63,188 nucleotides of DNA from Octopus bimaculoides (GCF_001194135.2 NC_069000.1:28769355-28832542); one strand, 5' to 3'. Counted from the first letter of the stretch, positions 36,870 through 51,370 are shown. Numbers and translations: made by a program. Notes: generated from the letters alone by a model not told the origin.

Positions 36870-38190
36870 AAAAAGTGTGTGAGAATGAGAATGGTTGAAA
36901 GGAGAAAGGTGTGGAAACTGAAAGAAGAAGAAACAAGAGCAAAGTTTGAGGAGAGTATTGGGGAGTTGGTAAGCATTGATGCACCAGATTTGTGGAAGTC
37001 TATTAAAGAAGGGGTACTAAAGGCAAGTGACGAAGTGTGTGGAAGGATGAAAGGTAGGAGAGATTGAAGAGATACATGGTGGTGGAACGAGGAGGGTTAT
37101 GATAGTGAGGAAGAAGGAGGCGCACAAAGCTTTATGTAATAATAGGACTGAGCAAATGAAAGCAAGGTATAATAACATGAAGAATCGTGCAAAGAGGGTG
37201 GCTGCGAGATCTATGAGGAAGGAGCTGAGAAGAGGTTGAGTGAGCTGGATGAGAACCCAGATAGAGTGTTTAGGTTTATTAAATCAATGAAAAAAGATGG
37301 AAGAGATGTTGAGGGAGGAAGAGGCATTGAGGGGGGGGGGTGATGGAAGGTTGAAGGACAGGGGAAGAGTTTGGAAGGAGCATATGGAGGGAATCATGAA
37401 TGAGGAGAATGAATGGGATCAGAGGGTGGAAGCTGCTGTGGTGAAGGGGCCAGTGGAGAGGGTTAGTCAGGAAGAAGTAGTGGAGGCAATGAAGGAAATG
37501 AAAACAGGAAAGGTAGCTGATCTATCAGAAGTAAGTGTGGAAATGATAACTGCAAGTGGAGAGATAGGGATTGTTGTGATGTTGGAGCTCTGCCAAGGTG
37601 TGCTGGATGGAAGAGGAATGTCAGATGATTGGGCACCAAGTGTGGTGGTACCGATCTTCAAGGTGATGAGTTGTGGGGCATATAGGGGAGTGAAGTTACT
37701 GGATCATGCAATGAAGATTGTAGAAAGGGTATTGGAAAGAAGAATTCAGAAAACAATGGATGTGGATAAGATGCAATTTGCTTTTATGCCAGGAAAGGGG
37801 ATAATGGATGCAATGTTCATTGTAAGGAGATTGCAGGAGGAATACCGAGATAAGGAGAAGGAGTTATACTTGTGCATTGTTGATCTGGAGAAGGCATTTG
37901 ATAGGATTTCAAGGAAGGTGATTGAATGAGCATTGAGGAAAAGAGGTGAACTAGAGGTAATAGTGAGGGCAGTGATGAGTTTGTACGATGAGGTAAAGAC
38001 AAGAGTTAGAATTGGATCAGATCTGTTGGAGGAGTTTGTGGTGAAAGTTGGTGTGCACAAGCAAAGTTGACCAAAGAAAATGTGGAGGGGACAGGTGGAG
38101 GAGGAGATTAGGTGAGTTGGCTTGAGGAAGGAGGATGCCCAGAACTGGGCAAGATGGTGAGAGTGGTTGCTGCAAGAATGAGGTAAATCT
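36870..38190 (+). mobile_element. RTE-clade LINE fragment, 5' half of RT fused to the 3' end, inserted in a SINE A remnant
   Basis: VVPIFK..YRGVKLLDHAMKIVERVLE..QFAFMPGKG..DLEKAFD..VKVGVH, then an abrupt jump to the C-terminal segment; SINE halves at about 36850 and 38200-38260. Confidence 0.85.
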
Positions 38191-39209
38191 AGCCAACTCC
38201 AATTGAACCCAGAACCATGTGATTGAGAAGCAAACAGCTTACTACACTGCCATGCCTGTACCTGAACTTAAATTATAATTATCATTATTTCTAGTAGTGG
38301 TCCACATAAAACCTTAAAATACCAGGTTACTAACACAATGAGTTCAGTCTTTGTGGACAATTCCAAACTGCACCATTCTCACTTTCATACAACACAATCT
38401 TCAGCACTTGTATACATACTATATCAACCGTTTTCTTTCTTCTTTGTCTTCAGTCATTTCTCAAGTTAAACAAATATTCACAACATTTTTTTAATGGTTT
38501 GGTTTGGAGGTTGGGACTGTGATCACAGCCTCTGCAAGGCATTCAGTGACCTGTGAGATTGACACAATTAATGTGCCTTTGAACTGCTGCAGGACAAACA
38601 TGGACTGGGAAGTAATTCTAGTGGGCTGACATTCTTGTAGAACAGACTAGTACAGTGCCCAGGAGAATGATAAGAGGAGGAGAGATGAATTAGGATCTGA
38701 TTGGAGGTGCCACAAGACCAACTTCAAGTTGTAAAGATCACTGTAATAACAAGATATACAGCTCAATCAAGATCTATCTGGGTTTGAAGAACAAAAATAG
38801 CAACCACCATTAATACAATCTTCAACATTTCAAAATGCAGTAATTACTTCACCACCCAAATTCTTTTGCTATTTTCTTGGATATATTTCTCACTAGGAAC
38901 AGGCAGGCATATCAATAATGTATATGTTTTCAGTGATTATTTTCTGTAATTAAATCTTGCCTTCTGGCAGTGTGTGAGGGGACTGAAGGTGGAGATCATA
39001 CTTGTGGTATTGAAAATCCCAATGCAGTTTATATGTTTATATTCTTTATTCTCCAGTGTGGTCCCGCAATAACATCTGGTTTTATACCACACTCAGTGTA
39101 TTCCAGCCAATCCTTCATGCTTTGCTCAAGCTACAGCTGGGATCATCATTCATTGTTTTGCTTTTAACATAATAATTTCCAGCAAGTGTTTTATATACAG
39201 ACAGCAGAT

Positions 39210-40490
39210 GACAATGAACTGTTTTCTTCCTTTTTTATTAATCTTTTATAATCAACTTTGCTTTTCATCAATAAAGGATTGCACATTTCTCTTGGTTGAC
39301 AACGAGTCTCAATTCTAATATCCTTCAGCCTCTTAAGCAGCAATCTGGATGTTGTATCACAGGCACCAATTACCACAGGAATAATAGTTATATTATTCTT
39401 CCACAGTCTCTTCATCTCTGAGGTTAGATCCTGATATTTCTCAATTTTTTCGATTTCTTTAGTAGACATTATATTATGATATGGTATTGCATGGTCTAGC
39501 ATCTTATACTTTTTTCCTATGTCAGACTTTATCTGGAAATCCCATAAAAACCTATAATCATTGTTCTCTGTCACAGCCTCTGGTTTATGTTCATACCACT
39601 TTTCTGCTGCTTTGAATCCACATTCTCAGCTAACATCCCAATACATTCTTTTAACTACACAGTTATGCCTGCACTTATACTCTTTTTGTGCTAGCTTACT
39701 TCATTCACTCAAGAGATGACAAATACTTTCTTTTCTTTCCCCGTAGATTATGTGTTTGTTTTCTGAGTTTTATCAATCTTTACCGTTGTCAAATTTGTCC
39801 TATTGGCTTGTTCCTCAACAGCTATAACTAGCCCTTAAGATTCTCATTTCAGGTTTCTGTCTGTCAGCCAGAACCAATATTTTTTAATTGTAACACCCCC
39901 AGTTTGTTGCATGAACTGGTCATGTAATTCCTTCTCTTTCCAGCTATTTGCTTTATTTTCTTCTTAATTCTCTTTTTGAATACTTCTACTGTTTCAGTAA
40001 CTTCTTGGACATTTATAGCTGCTAGTAATATTCTTTCTTCACTCTACACAACATAGTTTTTGAAACCCAATATTGCACCCAATATAGGTGTCTTCTACAT
40101 TTAGCAATCCCCTGCTTCCTTCAATTCTTTGTAGATAAAATTTGTTGATATTACTTTTATGATGATGCACATTGTGCAATGGGAGCAGCTTTCTAGTTCT
40201 TCTAAGTTCTGTAATTCTGTCAGGAAAGGAACAGAATATCTTAATACTGGCATGGCCCATGTATTCATTGCTTTGATGATACTTCCTCCATTTAATTTTA
40301 TTTTGATCATATTCCTTATTTTGTTCTTATACTACTTGGAGATTTTTCTCTCTTGTTTCTCCATCCTATTGTCCTGAAGCACCTTTAAATACTTGTATCC
40401 TGTATTTAATCTCGTTAGTGATCGAATGACATCATCTTGCAGTAATTTTATATCATCAGGGTTTATATTTCAACTGCTCTTCATACGCAG
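39210..40490 (-). mobile_element. R4/Dong-like non-LTR element with C-terminal restriction-like endonuclease, 5'-truncated and decayed
   Basis: IIKAMNTWAMPVLRYS, GSRGLLNVED, zinc-knuckle remnant ESICHLLSE..KCRHN, LWDFQI, KIEKYQDL..EMKRLW, IPVVIGA. Confidence 0.8.
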
Positions 40491-40589
40491 CTTCTTTTTT
40501 TTAAACCTTTTTTTATATTTTTAATCCTTTCTTTCAAACACACATACATCAAAATCAATAGGAGTGACCATCATCATTATTATTATTGG

Positions 40590-40765
40590 AGTGAGGCAAA
40601 AGGCCTTGTGGTATTTGTTTCAGTTGTTTACATTTTAAGTTCAAATCCTGCCAAGGTCAACTTTGCCTTTCATCCTTTCCGTGTCAATAAATTATGTACT
40701 CAAGTTGATGGTGTTTGTTGATTAATCCCTCTCTCAAATTTCATAGACGATTATATATTAGAAAC
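40590..40765 (+). mobile_element. SINE family B copy
   Basis: TAAGTTCAAATCCTGCCAAGGTCAACTTTGCCTTTCATCCTTTC core. Confidence 0.75.
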
Positions 40766-40779
40766 AATTCTTCTTCTTC

Positions 40780-43040
40780 TTGGCACTTGTCATCGGTAAG
40801 CTGGTTGGTAATGCACAGATATGTGTTATTCCAAACAGATCTATCTATGACAACCTCCACCTCATATGCTCCATCATAGAGAAGGTAGGGAAGGAACCTG
40901 GCATGGGTGGGGCTCTGATCAATTTGAATCAATTAAAAGCTTTTGACAGGGTCGACCATCAATACTTGGAGGTTGTCCTCATGACAGCCAGCTTTTGTCC
41001 CATTTTCAGAGGCTGGATCGCAGCAATGTATAGCAGAATCATTAAGCATCACTTGCTCGGTCTGTCAAGGATGCCCATTCTCTCCTTTCTATACATGCTG
41101 GTTCTCGAGCTATTATTGAAGAAGTTGGATATTTCGAGGGGCATCCTGTGTGATCTAGGATGCAGATTGCTATTGTGGCCTATGCAGATACTTTTCTCTT
41201 TGGCCCTCATCAACTGTTTCAGGTTTCACTTGTAAAGGAAAGTGAGGGTAGAAGAGAAGTTCTGCCCCTGCCCCTAGTAAACTTGTTAAAAGGTGGGTGT
41301 ATGTGGTGAAGACAGCCTGTGTGAATGGGCCTACTCTGAACTTGCATTTGTAAACTGGAGGAGTTGAGAAGGAGAGAAGTGTTTGCTGAAGTGCACCTGG
41401 TGGTCAGGATGACCAGGTTGTGTGGAGTTATATGGTTTCCCCAGTGAAGAATTCCCTGCTTTTGGGGAATTTTTAGTAGTAGTGTTTGGACAGTAATAGT
41501 GTTGGACAACTTGGAAATTGAGGTGATTGGCTCTACCTTAAGGGAGTACAAAGCAGCGACAGAAGCAAAAATTAATCTGGAAAGTTGGTGGGCCTGCAGC
41601 TTGGCACCTGGAGAGGCAGGTCCATACCAACCGACAGCATTGTAAAGCACTGGATGGAAAGACCAGTTAAATTGCTTGGGGTCTGGTTTGGTCTGTGCCT
41701 CCAGGTGAATGAGGACCGGGGGGGAGATGATGAGCAGGGTAGCCAATCTCATCCAGAAATGAGCAGAGAGGAAGCTGTTCTTGAAAGATTGGCCGGAGTG
41801 GTGAATGCATACATCGCTTCAGTCATCTATTACTGTCTGACCATCGTCCCTTGCTCTGCTTCATAGCTGACCAAGCTGGAGCACTTACTTTTCTGCTTTC
41901 TATGGAAGGGAAATGTTCCACTCATCAGATGATCCATCTGTTGTCAACAGCATGCCATGGCTAATGATGTGCAGACCCGCTCTGAAGCTACATCTCCAGC
42001 ATTTTCTTAATGCTGAACAGGTGTGGTTGCCATTTGTCAAGCAGTATTTTCTACAGCTCATCTCATTGACAGAACTACAGCTCTGGATGAAACATAGAGC
42101 ACGAAAAGGTGCTTGGCACCTGAAATGTTGGCAAGTGCTCACAACTTTCTGCCAGTCAAGCAATGCGGTCGGTGCAAGTTCCACTATGGAGTTTTGTAGG
42201 GGATTAGTAGCAGACAAGAGTGATGATGTCCTTGGGGAAACCCTGGGCGTCAGGAGGGATCAATTAACTGGTCTTTTCTGGGGCCTATGGATAACTTCCA
42301 GAAATCCCTGGCCTGGCAGTGCTACCAGGGAGCTCTGCTGGTTTGAGACAAGCTCTATAGACACGGAAGTACTGTCAGACGGACCTGTCCAAGGTGTGTG
42401 CAGAGCAACAAAACTGTCCTGCACACACTCGTCCAGTGTCCATGCATTACTAACTTGTGGAGCTTTGTCGAACAGCTGTTATTGCATATAAGATGGATCC
42501 AGTTATCAGTTGAGTCTATTGTGAAGATCGCCCTGCTGCCTTCCTTTGGCTGAGAAGGAAAGGCAGTTTTCCTCTGTCTGGTGGCCATAGCGAAGGAAGT
42601 AGTGTGGTGGACAAGACTGAAAGGACTGAAAACAGATACTTTCCTCTTTGGCCCTCATCAACTTTTTCAAGTTTCACTTGCAAAAGAAAGTGAGGGTAGA
42701 AGGGAAGTTCTGCCCCTGCCCCTAGTAAATTTGTTGAAAGGTGGAAGTATGTGGTGAAGATGGCCTGTGTGAATGGGCCTACTCTGAACTTTCATTTGTA
42801 AACTGGAGGAGTTGAGGTGTCTGCAGAAGTGCACCTAGTGGTCAGGATGTGTGGAGTTCTGTGGTTGTCCCAGCGAGGAATTCCCTGCTTTTGGGGAATT
42901 TTTATTGTTTAATTGTTTTTTTGTTTTTTTTTGTTACTTATTGTACTCATGGCATTGTTCAACATCCCCACTTATCCCTTGTATTGTACTGTTCCTATTT
43001 GTTTTGTGTTCAGCCCTTGTGGCCAATAAAAGAAAGTATT
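40780..43040 (+). mobile_element. Tx1/L1-clade LINE ORF2 remnant carrying an internal extra copy of its own 3' region
   Basis: RSIYDNLHLI..GALINLNQLKAFDRVDHQYL, AYAD, KINLE..GLQLGTW, AYIASVIYY; AATAAA and (ATT/GTT)n tail at 43025-43065; 41195-41500 duplicates about 42640-42900. Confidence 0.85.
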
Positions 43041-43779
43041 ATTATTATTGTTGTTGTTATTATAATACTGGACTCTCCCATTGATAATGACATATGAGCA
43101 TTCAGCTTTTGCTGAACGACTTGCACAAGTAATTTGTTTATAGTAATCAAATGTATGTGCTGTACATTAGCTCACTTTCTCCATTAAATCAAAGTTGCCT
43201 GAATAGATGTACCGTACCGTAACAGTAATAATATAAGCAGCAGTAGCATCAAGAACAACATCACCAATATCAGCAACAGAATCACCCAATCTCAATACAA
43301 CATATGCTTTTCTCTGCCTTCAAATCACTCAGATATGTTCGGCAATGAATGTGATAAAGATGAAAAATGGAAAACTGTCCCCTTAAGAAGAGAAAGGAGA
43401 GGAAGAAAACAAAATCAATCTGCTCTCACAGAAATCTGGGAGATTTGAAGGGAAGCCAACACTCTATAGTATGATATGAACACCAACTCCGTCACTAACT
43501 ACCACAGACAATATCAACACAGCAAATACTACCACAAACACAAACATAATCCAAACTAACTACAAGAACAACAACCACAAAGAAATATCGTAAGCTGCAC
43601 AACCATAGACACAAACAACAAAGAATTAAGGAACACACAAACATTACACATGACTACATCACTCATACTAATAACGTAGTAACATACATACAAATGCTAA
43701 ACATTCAAAAAACTTAGAACAAACTAAAAATAAACTATTCTGACAGAATGGGAGTTTCCATGGGGCAATAAACAAAAGA

Positions 43780-45950
43780 ATTTATAAAAACTTATTAGAG
43801 GTGTTTAGGAAAGGCATCATAACCAGCTTGCGTGTGGTGAGAGTAACATGTAATCACTTCTTCCACATGAAGCACAACTGCTGTGTTGTCAGGGCTGGAT
43901 CATGAAGGAATGAAAGCTGTTTTATGGGCCCAAGTGACAGAGATTCAACTTTGTGACAAAGCTACAATTCAGTCTTTGGTAGCCTATGATGAGGATTATG
44001 ACTGCAGCTTTTCATTGGCACTTTGCTTGACTGTTTGGAATAAGTGGCTCACCAAGTTACAGGATGAATTTCAGTGCCTACCTTGACAGCCTGCCACAAC
44101 TCTTGCCACTGGAGGTGGAGTGTGGTAGAAAGTCAATAACAGCCTTGGAAATAGGGGAAACAATGGCTAGTTGCAGTGGGGTCAAATTGCCTGGTTTAAA
44201 TATTCTATTATATGAGCTTTATATTCATATGCCAAACTTATTTGTGGCCCCCTTGACATGTATCTGCTGCAACTTGTAGCAGATTCTCCTGCAACAGGAG
44301 AATCCTCAGTTCTGTGAGCTGAAGAGCATAGCACTAAGAAAAGACTGCAACAAGGAGAACAAAATTGAAAATTTTTGATCCATAGCTTTGTTAAACATAA
44401 ACTTCAAAATTTTTGTCAAGATATTTACAAACAGATTGGCATTTGTCATTGGTGGTCTGACTGGTGATGCAGAAACATGCACCATCTCATATAGATCAAT
44501 CCATGACAACCTCCACTCATAATGATAATAACATCATAGAGAGGGTAGGTAATGAACCTGGCCTGGGGTGGATCCCTGACCACCCTTTAATAGGATCAAC
44601 CAACAATACTTGGCAGCAGTCCACACAGCAGTCAGTTTCAGTAATATCTTCGGGGGCTGGATTTCCACAATGTACAGTGACAGCTCTTTGCTTGGGGTGA
44701 ATGACCATCTATCACAACCACTATGTATCATACACTCAATTTATAAAGATTGTTGTATCTTGTCTCCTCTGTGTTTACTGACTCTTCCACTATCATGGAA
44801 ACTGGAGACATTAAGAGGTATTCTGTGTGAACTAGGAAGCATTTGGAGATGATGTCACCCACATTGTGTCAGACAATAAGCTGATCGAGGTAACCAGCAC
44901 TACTCTAGCGGAGTATAATGTATTAACAAAATCAACCAGAAAAAAGGAAATGGGCTTGCAGTTCAGCACCTGGAAAGACAGGTCCATGCTGTCCAACATC
45001 TTCATGGAGTACTGGATGGACAGACCAGTTAAATTGCTTGAGGTCTGGTTTGCTCCAGATTTCCAGGTGGAGAAGAACTGGGATAAGAAGACGAGCAAGA
45101 AGGAGCAAATGCCCTACCAAGAAAAAATCTAGGCAAGGGACACTACTCTGAAAACTTTTGGCCCATAACTCAGAAATAGACTTCATAGAAGCTATCCTTG
45201 AAATATCTAGTTGAGGTGGTGAATGCCTTCATCACTTCCATTATCTATTACTGTCCGACTACTGGAATGGAACATCTACCTACCAGTGTTACTAAAGAAC
45301 ATTACTGGTCCAAGGTAGGAAGTACTGTCAGTTAGGCCAGTACAGAGTGGATGCAGGGCAACAAAACAGTTCTGCATGCACTTGTCCAGTACCTGAACAT
45401 AACTGACAAATGGAGTTTTGTCAAACAGCTGTTATCACGTTAGTTAGATCTGGCTATCTGTTGGGTCCATTGTGAAGACCATTCCACTGCCTTCTTTTAA
45501 CCAAGAAGGCAGGCACTTTTTATTTATGTGGTGGCATTGATAAAAGAGCTTTGTGTTGTGGATGATATGGAAAGAGCTAAAGAGAGACACCTTCCTCTTT
45601 TGCAAAACTCTCATACATTTTTTCAAGTTTCACTTGAAAGAGAAAATGTGAATGGAAAGCAAAATGTTACCTTTCAGCAAATTTGCTGAAAGGTGAATGA
45701 GAGAGGCCACATGGTTCAAGTGAACAGACCTGCCCTGAGTATGTGCCTGTAGATTGAAGAAAGACAACTGGAGAAGACACTTGCCTTAGAAGTTAGGGAG
45801 ACTGTTTTCGTGGGGTCTCTGTGAGTATGCTTCAGTGGTGGCTCTCTCTTGGGGAATTTAAAAAAATATTTTTCATTCTCTTGTTCACACATTTTTTTTA
45901 TGTAACCCCATACTTTATCATCCTGTATCATCCTCAATCCTTTTGTGAGG
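43780..45950 (+). mobile_element. Second, more decayed Tx1-like LINE of the same family
   Basis: KLPGLNILLYELY, RSIHDNLH, FGDDVT, GLQFSTWKDRSM...RPVKLLEVWF, and a 3' region similar to 42500-42750. Confidence 0.78.
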
Positions 45951-46095
45951 TTATCCTCATAAAGGAGATGTTGTTCTCCTGTGATGAAGTACAACACCAA
46001 TTAACGTATCTCCATTCGAATCTGCTGGAACATATTAAGTATAGGTATGCAAGTCATTGTTTTGATTCTCATTGTTCACTAGGCATATCACAGTT

Positions 46096-46132
<37 letters not shown>

Positions 46133-48780
46133 GCAGGACTTTATTGTAACCCTCCTTTGAATTTTGTGACATTATGCCAATAGTAGAAACTCTTGCACTC
46201 TTGCAGCAAATGAAGAATTGATTATTGTTGTTGTTGTTATTACTGTCATTGTCATCTATGGTAGAGGTGTTATTTTTCTTTTGCTTTTGCTGAGCTTCTG
46301 GATGTCTTCCAAGGATATGAATGTCCATGTTTTATGTCATGCCGCATGACATAAGATGTAAGTAGAGTGAGGTTTAATTTTAAATATTATACCTGATTTG
46401 TACTTTTTACAACATTTTATTCTCAGGGTTTTCACAAACAAAAATGACAAGAAAACAAGGATGAAATGTCACCTTATGGGAAAAAACTGATCTTTCTGCA
46501 GACATGAAACAAAAAAGTGTAAAGAAACCTGCTTTGCAGCAGGGAAACATGTAATGTGTCAGAGTTTGGGAACTCACTAGGCAATGAAAACAATGGCAAT
46601 GACAGTGAGGCTTTCACTCAGACTTAGACAATGCTGAGGAGAATTGCATAAATGAAGGTAGTTTTGAAAAAAAAAATTACCTTCAGCAAAGAAACTTTCT
46701 CCAGACTGAGAAATTCTGATAGAATTGCATCACAGAAGATCGACTCAATTCTTCTTAACTGGAAAAATTATTCAGAAGTGGACAAGGATAAAGCTGATCT
46801 CCTTTTACCTCACAAATGGATGTGGGGGATTTTTATAGGCTCCAGAATGTTCAGTTAAAGGAAGCTCTGGACAGTGTTTGAACCAGTATATTGTCTATTG
46901 ACCAAGACAAAGCTTATGGTACCATACTGCCTAACCTTCAAGACCAAGGCTAAAGTGCAATACCATGCAGAAATCCTGAAGAAACACCTGTTCATAGGCT
47001 TGTTCCACAGTACGTGGGTCAGTGCAACACAATAACGACAGTCAATGACATTGGTAGTGATAATGGATCTCTAGTTCAATGTCATTTTTAGCCATATGTT
47101 AAATGCAGAAATAGTGTGGAGTGACATGTAGTTGAGAGGAGTTAGTATGGACTTAAATGTCCTTATGACTTTTCAAGAACACAAGACCATTCCTGAGCTG
47201 TATCACATGATACGCTCTGAGATAAAAGCAAGATCTGGCAGTGCAGAGCAGAAAGCCCAGTTGTTACACAAGTGGCAACAAAAACCACTACCAGTTGCAG
47301 CTCAGAAGGAGACTTGAAGGTTTATCTCATCCTCAGTTAATGTTATGGAATTGGAAGATAAACCATTCACTTTCAGTGTCAGAAATACATAGCACCAGGC
47401 CTAGCAGTAAATACCTTGTTCACTCTGTCATGTTTTCAACAGATTCATGTGAGTTTCTACTGCATCTCTGTGTTCCTGATTTGTGTGCAGCATTGTCTTT
47501 TAGAGGTGTAAGAATCTGTCTGCTATATGTTTGGTTTTGTTGTTTCTCACGTTACTAAGTATTTTGTTTATCATGTAGTGTATGTGCAATGTGAGCAGTG
47601 TTTTAGACTTGGATAATAACTGTATAGTGTATATGGTTTGTGCTATATCATTGGCTAGTGAATGTGTACAAGTTATTCATTAGCTATTTTCAGTTATAGT
47701 TATTGAGTTGCTCCCATGCTCAGGTACTGACTTCGAACATGTAAATTGATCATAGCACTGATTCCAGGATTTATTTCAGTCTGCTCCTTATTTTCATTGA
47801 TCACAATCTGTCAAATGTCTAAGAATACCAGTGGCATAAAATCATCACAAACTATTTTTGTTGAATGCATCATTGCTGTTTAATAGAATATAAGTCAAAA
47901 CAGTGCAGTTTTTGTCTGACTGAGAAATATCACATAGTAAACCACCAATAGTGAACGCACATAGTATCCAGCTGTAAAACAATATCTCAATAATATATAC
48001 TCATCTATCTTTACTAACATGGGAGAATGGATGTAAAAATAAATGTATGCATGCATGTGTTGTATATTTATGATTCCCCAATTTCTATTCTCCTTTTCAC
48101 ATAGACATTGTTACAGCTCTAGCTAGTCTAATTTATTTAAATTTTACATTGACTACTTTTGTGATAAGTGCATTATTTTTATATGAATGGGCTTGGTGAA
48201 ACATACCTCAATTGTATGTATATGTATGTGAGTATGCTTGAATGTATGCATGTGTGTATGCATGCATTGTCTGTACGGCAGGCTTCTACATGGGTTCGAT
48301 CAATCTAATTACTCTCAGAAGGCATTGATCACACTGAACTGGTACAGAATGCAGATACTTAAAGTCTGCTGCATTGAGGGTCAAAATTGCTGGCCTTGTG
48401 CCAAAATTTGAAACCAATATGTATCAATCATTGGTCCGTTATTCAACTTCAGGTGTTTATATATCCTTTTCAGTACCCCCTCGTGTATGTGTGCGTGTGT
48501 GCATGTGTGTGTGTGTATGTGTGTGTGCGTGCGTGTGTATGTACATATGCATATATGTGTATTTTATATGTGTGCGTATGTGTGTGTGTGTGTATTAGCT
48601 ATCAAATAACAAGAGAATAGGAATTGCATAATCAACTGCATGAGTTTACAGCTCTTTCTGCTATAAGAAACAGTGCACTCAGAGCTGAATGTTTGTGCAA
48701 CATCTTACAGCTTCCTTAGAGCCATTAAAATGAAGTGTATGCTAATTTTGTTTAGAAATAATTACCTTTGAAATGATATA

Positions 48781-51144
48781 CAGTGATCCCTTGCAGTACA
48801 AATTTAATTCATTTTACAATTTACTCATTTTACAAATCAATTTTCCCCATTGAAATTAATTAAAATATAATCAATTTATTCCATCCCACAAAACCACCCC
48901 AAAATCATTTTTTATGGGTTTTAAAACAGAAAAGGTGCAGTTACAAGGAAAATGACAATTATAAAAACATAATAAAAGAGAAGGCAAAAGAATGCAAACT
49001 GGTTTTATCAGTTTAATTACCTTAAAGATGGGATGATTTGTGTGCAAGGAAAACAATAGAGTAGGGAAGAGGAGGAGGGTTATTGTTTGGAAGGAGAATC
49101 TCCTTCCATTAAGACTTCATGAAGAACAATTTCTGGCGTTTTCTCTCTCACTTCGTTTAGTTTAGGCTTTTTGGATACACTTTCTTCACTTTTCACACTT
49201 GCAGGTCGTTTCATTAGAGACATATCAAGAGAAGCCTCCTTTCTCTTGCCTTTCAAAATGTTACGAAAATGCGCCAGAGCAGTATCATTAAATAAAGCAG
49301 CTGCACGACCTGTACGTAGATACAGGTTGATATTTTTCTATAAATTCAGAAGTTGCCACTCTGCCAACACTGCCTTTGTCACTCATAAAAATAGCCTCCT
49401 TTGCTACACTGTCCTCCTCCAGGGAACTAATCTCTTCCACTGCATCCAAATGCTGCAGGAGTTCATCCTGTCATCAGCTCCTCTGAGTGTTCCTTGGCGA
49501 GATCGTTAATGTCCCCATGGTGAACCTTGAGGCCCATGGACTTGTCAAGAGACACTATCTCCTCAACTTCAAATGTCTCAGACTCAAACCCCTCGAAGTC
49601 TCTTTTGGATACACAGTTACCTCCATGCAGAATTCAGTGTTTTCCTTGTTATACCCTGCCAGGTCATATCAATGATTTTCAGGCAGTTAACAATGTTGTA
49701 GTGCTCCTTCCAAAACTCATGAAGGGTTAGATTTGTATTTTCGGTAACTTCAAAACACTGACAAAACAGGTATTTGGTGTCCAATTTCTTAAAATTAGAA
49801 ATCACCTGTTGGTCCATGGGCTGCAAGATAAGTGTGGTATTGAACTTTTATAAATTTAAATTCATCCAGGACATCATCTTAAAAGTTAGAAAGATGAGCA
49901 GCAGCATTGTTGAGGATGAGGAGGACTTTGAGAGGAAGATTATTCTCCAAAAGGTACTTTCTCGCTGATAGTCCGAAGTGAAGGTTGACCCACTCAATGA
50001 AGAATTGCCTGGTAACCTTGACTTTAACATTTGCCCTCCACATGATATGCAGCTTCTCCTTCAGGATTTGGTGCAACTTGAATTATTGTGGGTTTTTGGA
50101 ATGGTAGACAAAGAGTGGCTTAATCTTCAAGTCTCCACTCGCATTGGCACAAAGAGTGAGAGTTAGCCTATCTTTCATAGGCTTGTGACCTGGAATTTTC
50201 TTCTCCTCTGCAATTATCTATGTTCTTCTGGGCATTTTTTTTGCCAAAAAAGGCTAGTAGAATATCTGTTGTGTGATGTTGAATATTTGTTGTATGATTT
50301 ACTCCTTAGCTACAATGAGCTGACAGAACAGACACACGAAATCCTCAGCTGCCTTCATGTCAGAACTCGCTGCTTCTCCATACCTGACAATGCTATGAAC
50401 ATCAGTCCTCTTCATGAAATTATTGAACCAGCCATGGCTGGCCTTAAATGCATCTGCTAATGTCTGCTCTGTCGATGTTCCAGGGTTCTGTTTCAGGAGA
50501 TCCCCATATAGTGCTCGTGCTTTCTCGTAAATGATGGTCTCTGTAATTATATCCTCTGCAAGTTGCTTATCATTGATCTGTAGGAGAAGCAATTTTTCCA
50601 TCTGGACCGATGTGAATTGCTTGGAGAGCCTGGAGACATCTTTTGCTGTTGTAATGGCCTTGATCTCATCCTTTTTCTTCAGGATGGTGCAGATCATCAA
50701 TGTACTTCATTCGTACTGACTTGCTATGTCCACTACACCCACTCCTCTCTCATGCTTATCAATGATTTCCTTCTTCAATTCTATCGTAATCGGCTTTTTC
50801 TTCTTCTCAGTACTGTCCTTTGCACTAACCTTCTTAGGACCCATGGCTAACAGCTAATTATTATAAAACAATAGCAAAAAACACACAAAACTACAAAAAA
50901 GAAAAAACTGGGGAAAACACAACAGGAATGCTGTCACAATGAGATAAACACATGAACTGAGTGAGCAGAGGCTGTGCTTGTTGGGAGAGCATGTACAAGC
51001 TGAGTGCCAACTAGCAGTTGCTTGTATGAAACTCACTCGCGTTGTGGATTTCCACTCGTACTTCAAGACAAAAATTTGCACCAGCCTCGGCTCATGCAGC
51101 AAATTACTCATACAATGATGCATGCATACTGTGAGGTTCTACTG
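48781..51144 (-). mobile_element. Near full-length Tigger/pogo element (2364 bp), transposase pseudogene
   Basis: TA|CAGTGATCCC...GAGGTTCTACTG|TA. ATG at 50844 MGPKK..KKKKPITIELKKEII, MEKLLL..I.DKQLAED..IYEKARALY, FKASHGWF, WRANVKVKVT, LLILNNAAAH, QPMDQQVISNFKK. Confidence 0.9.
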
Positions 51145-51164
51145 TATATGGATAAGTCTTTCTA

Positions 51165-51370
51165 CTAAAGGCACAAGACTTGAAATTTTGGAGGAGCATA
51201 GAAGTCAGTAACCTTGATCCAAGTTCTTTGCCCTTACTTATTTCATCGACCCAAAAAGGGATGAATGGCAACGTCAACTTCAGCAGAATTTGATCTCAGA
51301 ATGTAAATACAGATGAAATGCTGCTAAGCATTTTGTCCACCTTGTTAACAATTCAGCCAGCTCATCACCT
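51165..51370 (-). mobile_element. SINE family B copy
   Basis: Colinear with 5700-5880. Confidence 0.75.

Noticed and set aside
38968-39167. Peptide CEGTEGGDHTCGIENPNA after an AG and a second acceptor at about 39057
   Set aside because: No credible donor and no recognisable homology.
46420-47400. Possible piggyBac cysteine-rich remnant and 61-aa ORF 47132-47317
   Set aside because: Too decayed to assign; no diagnostic motif, TIR or splice support.
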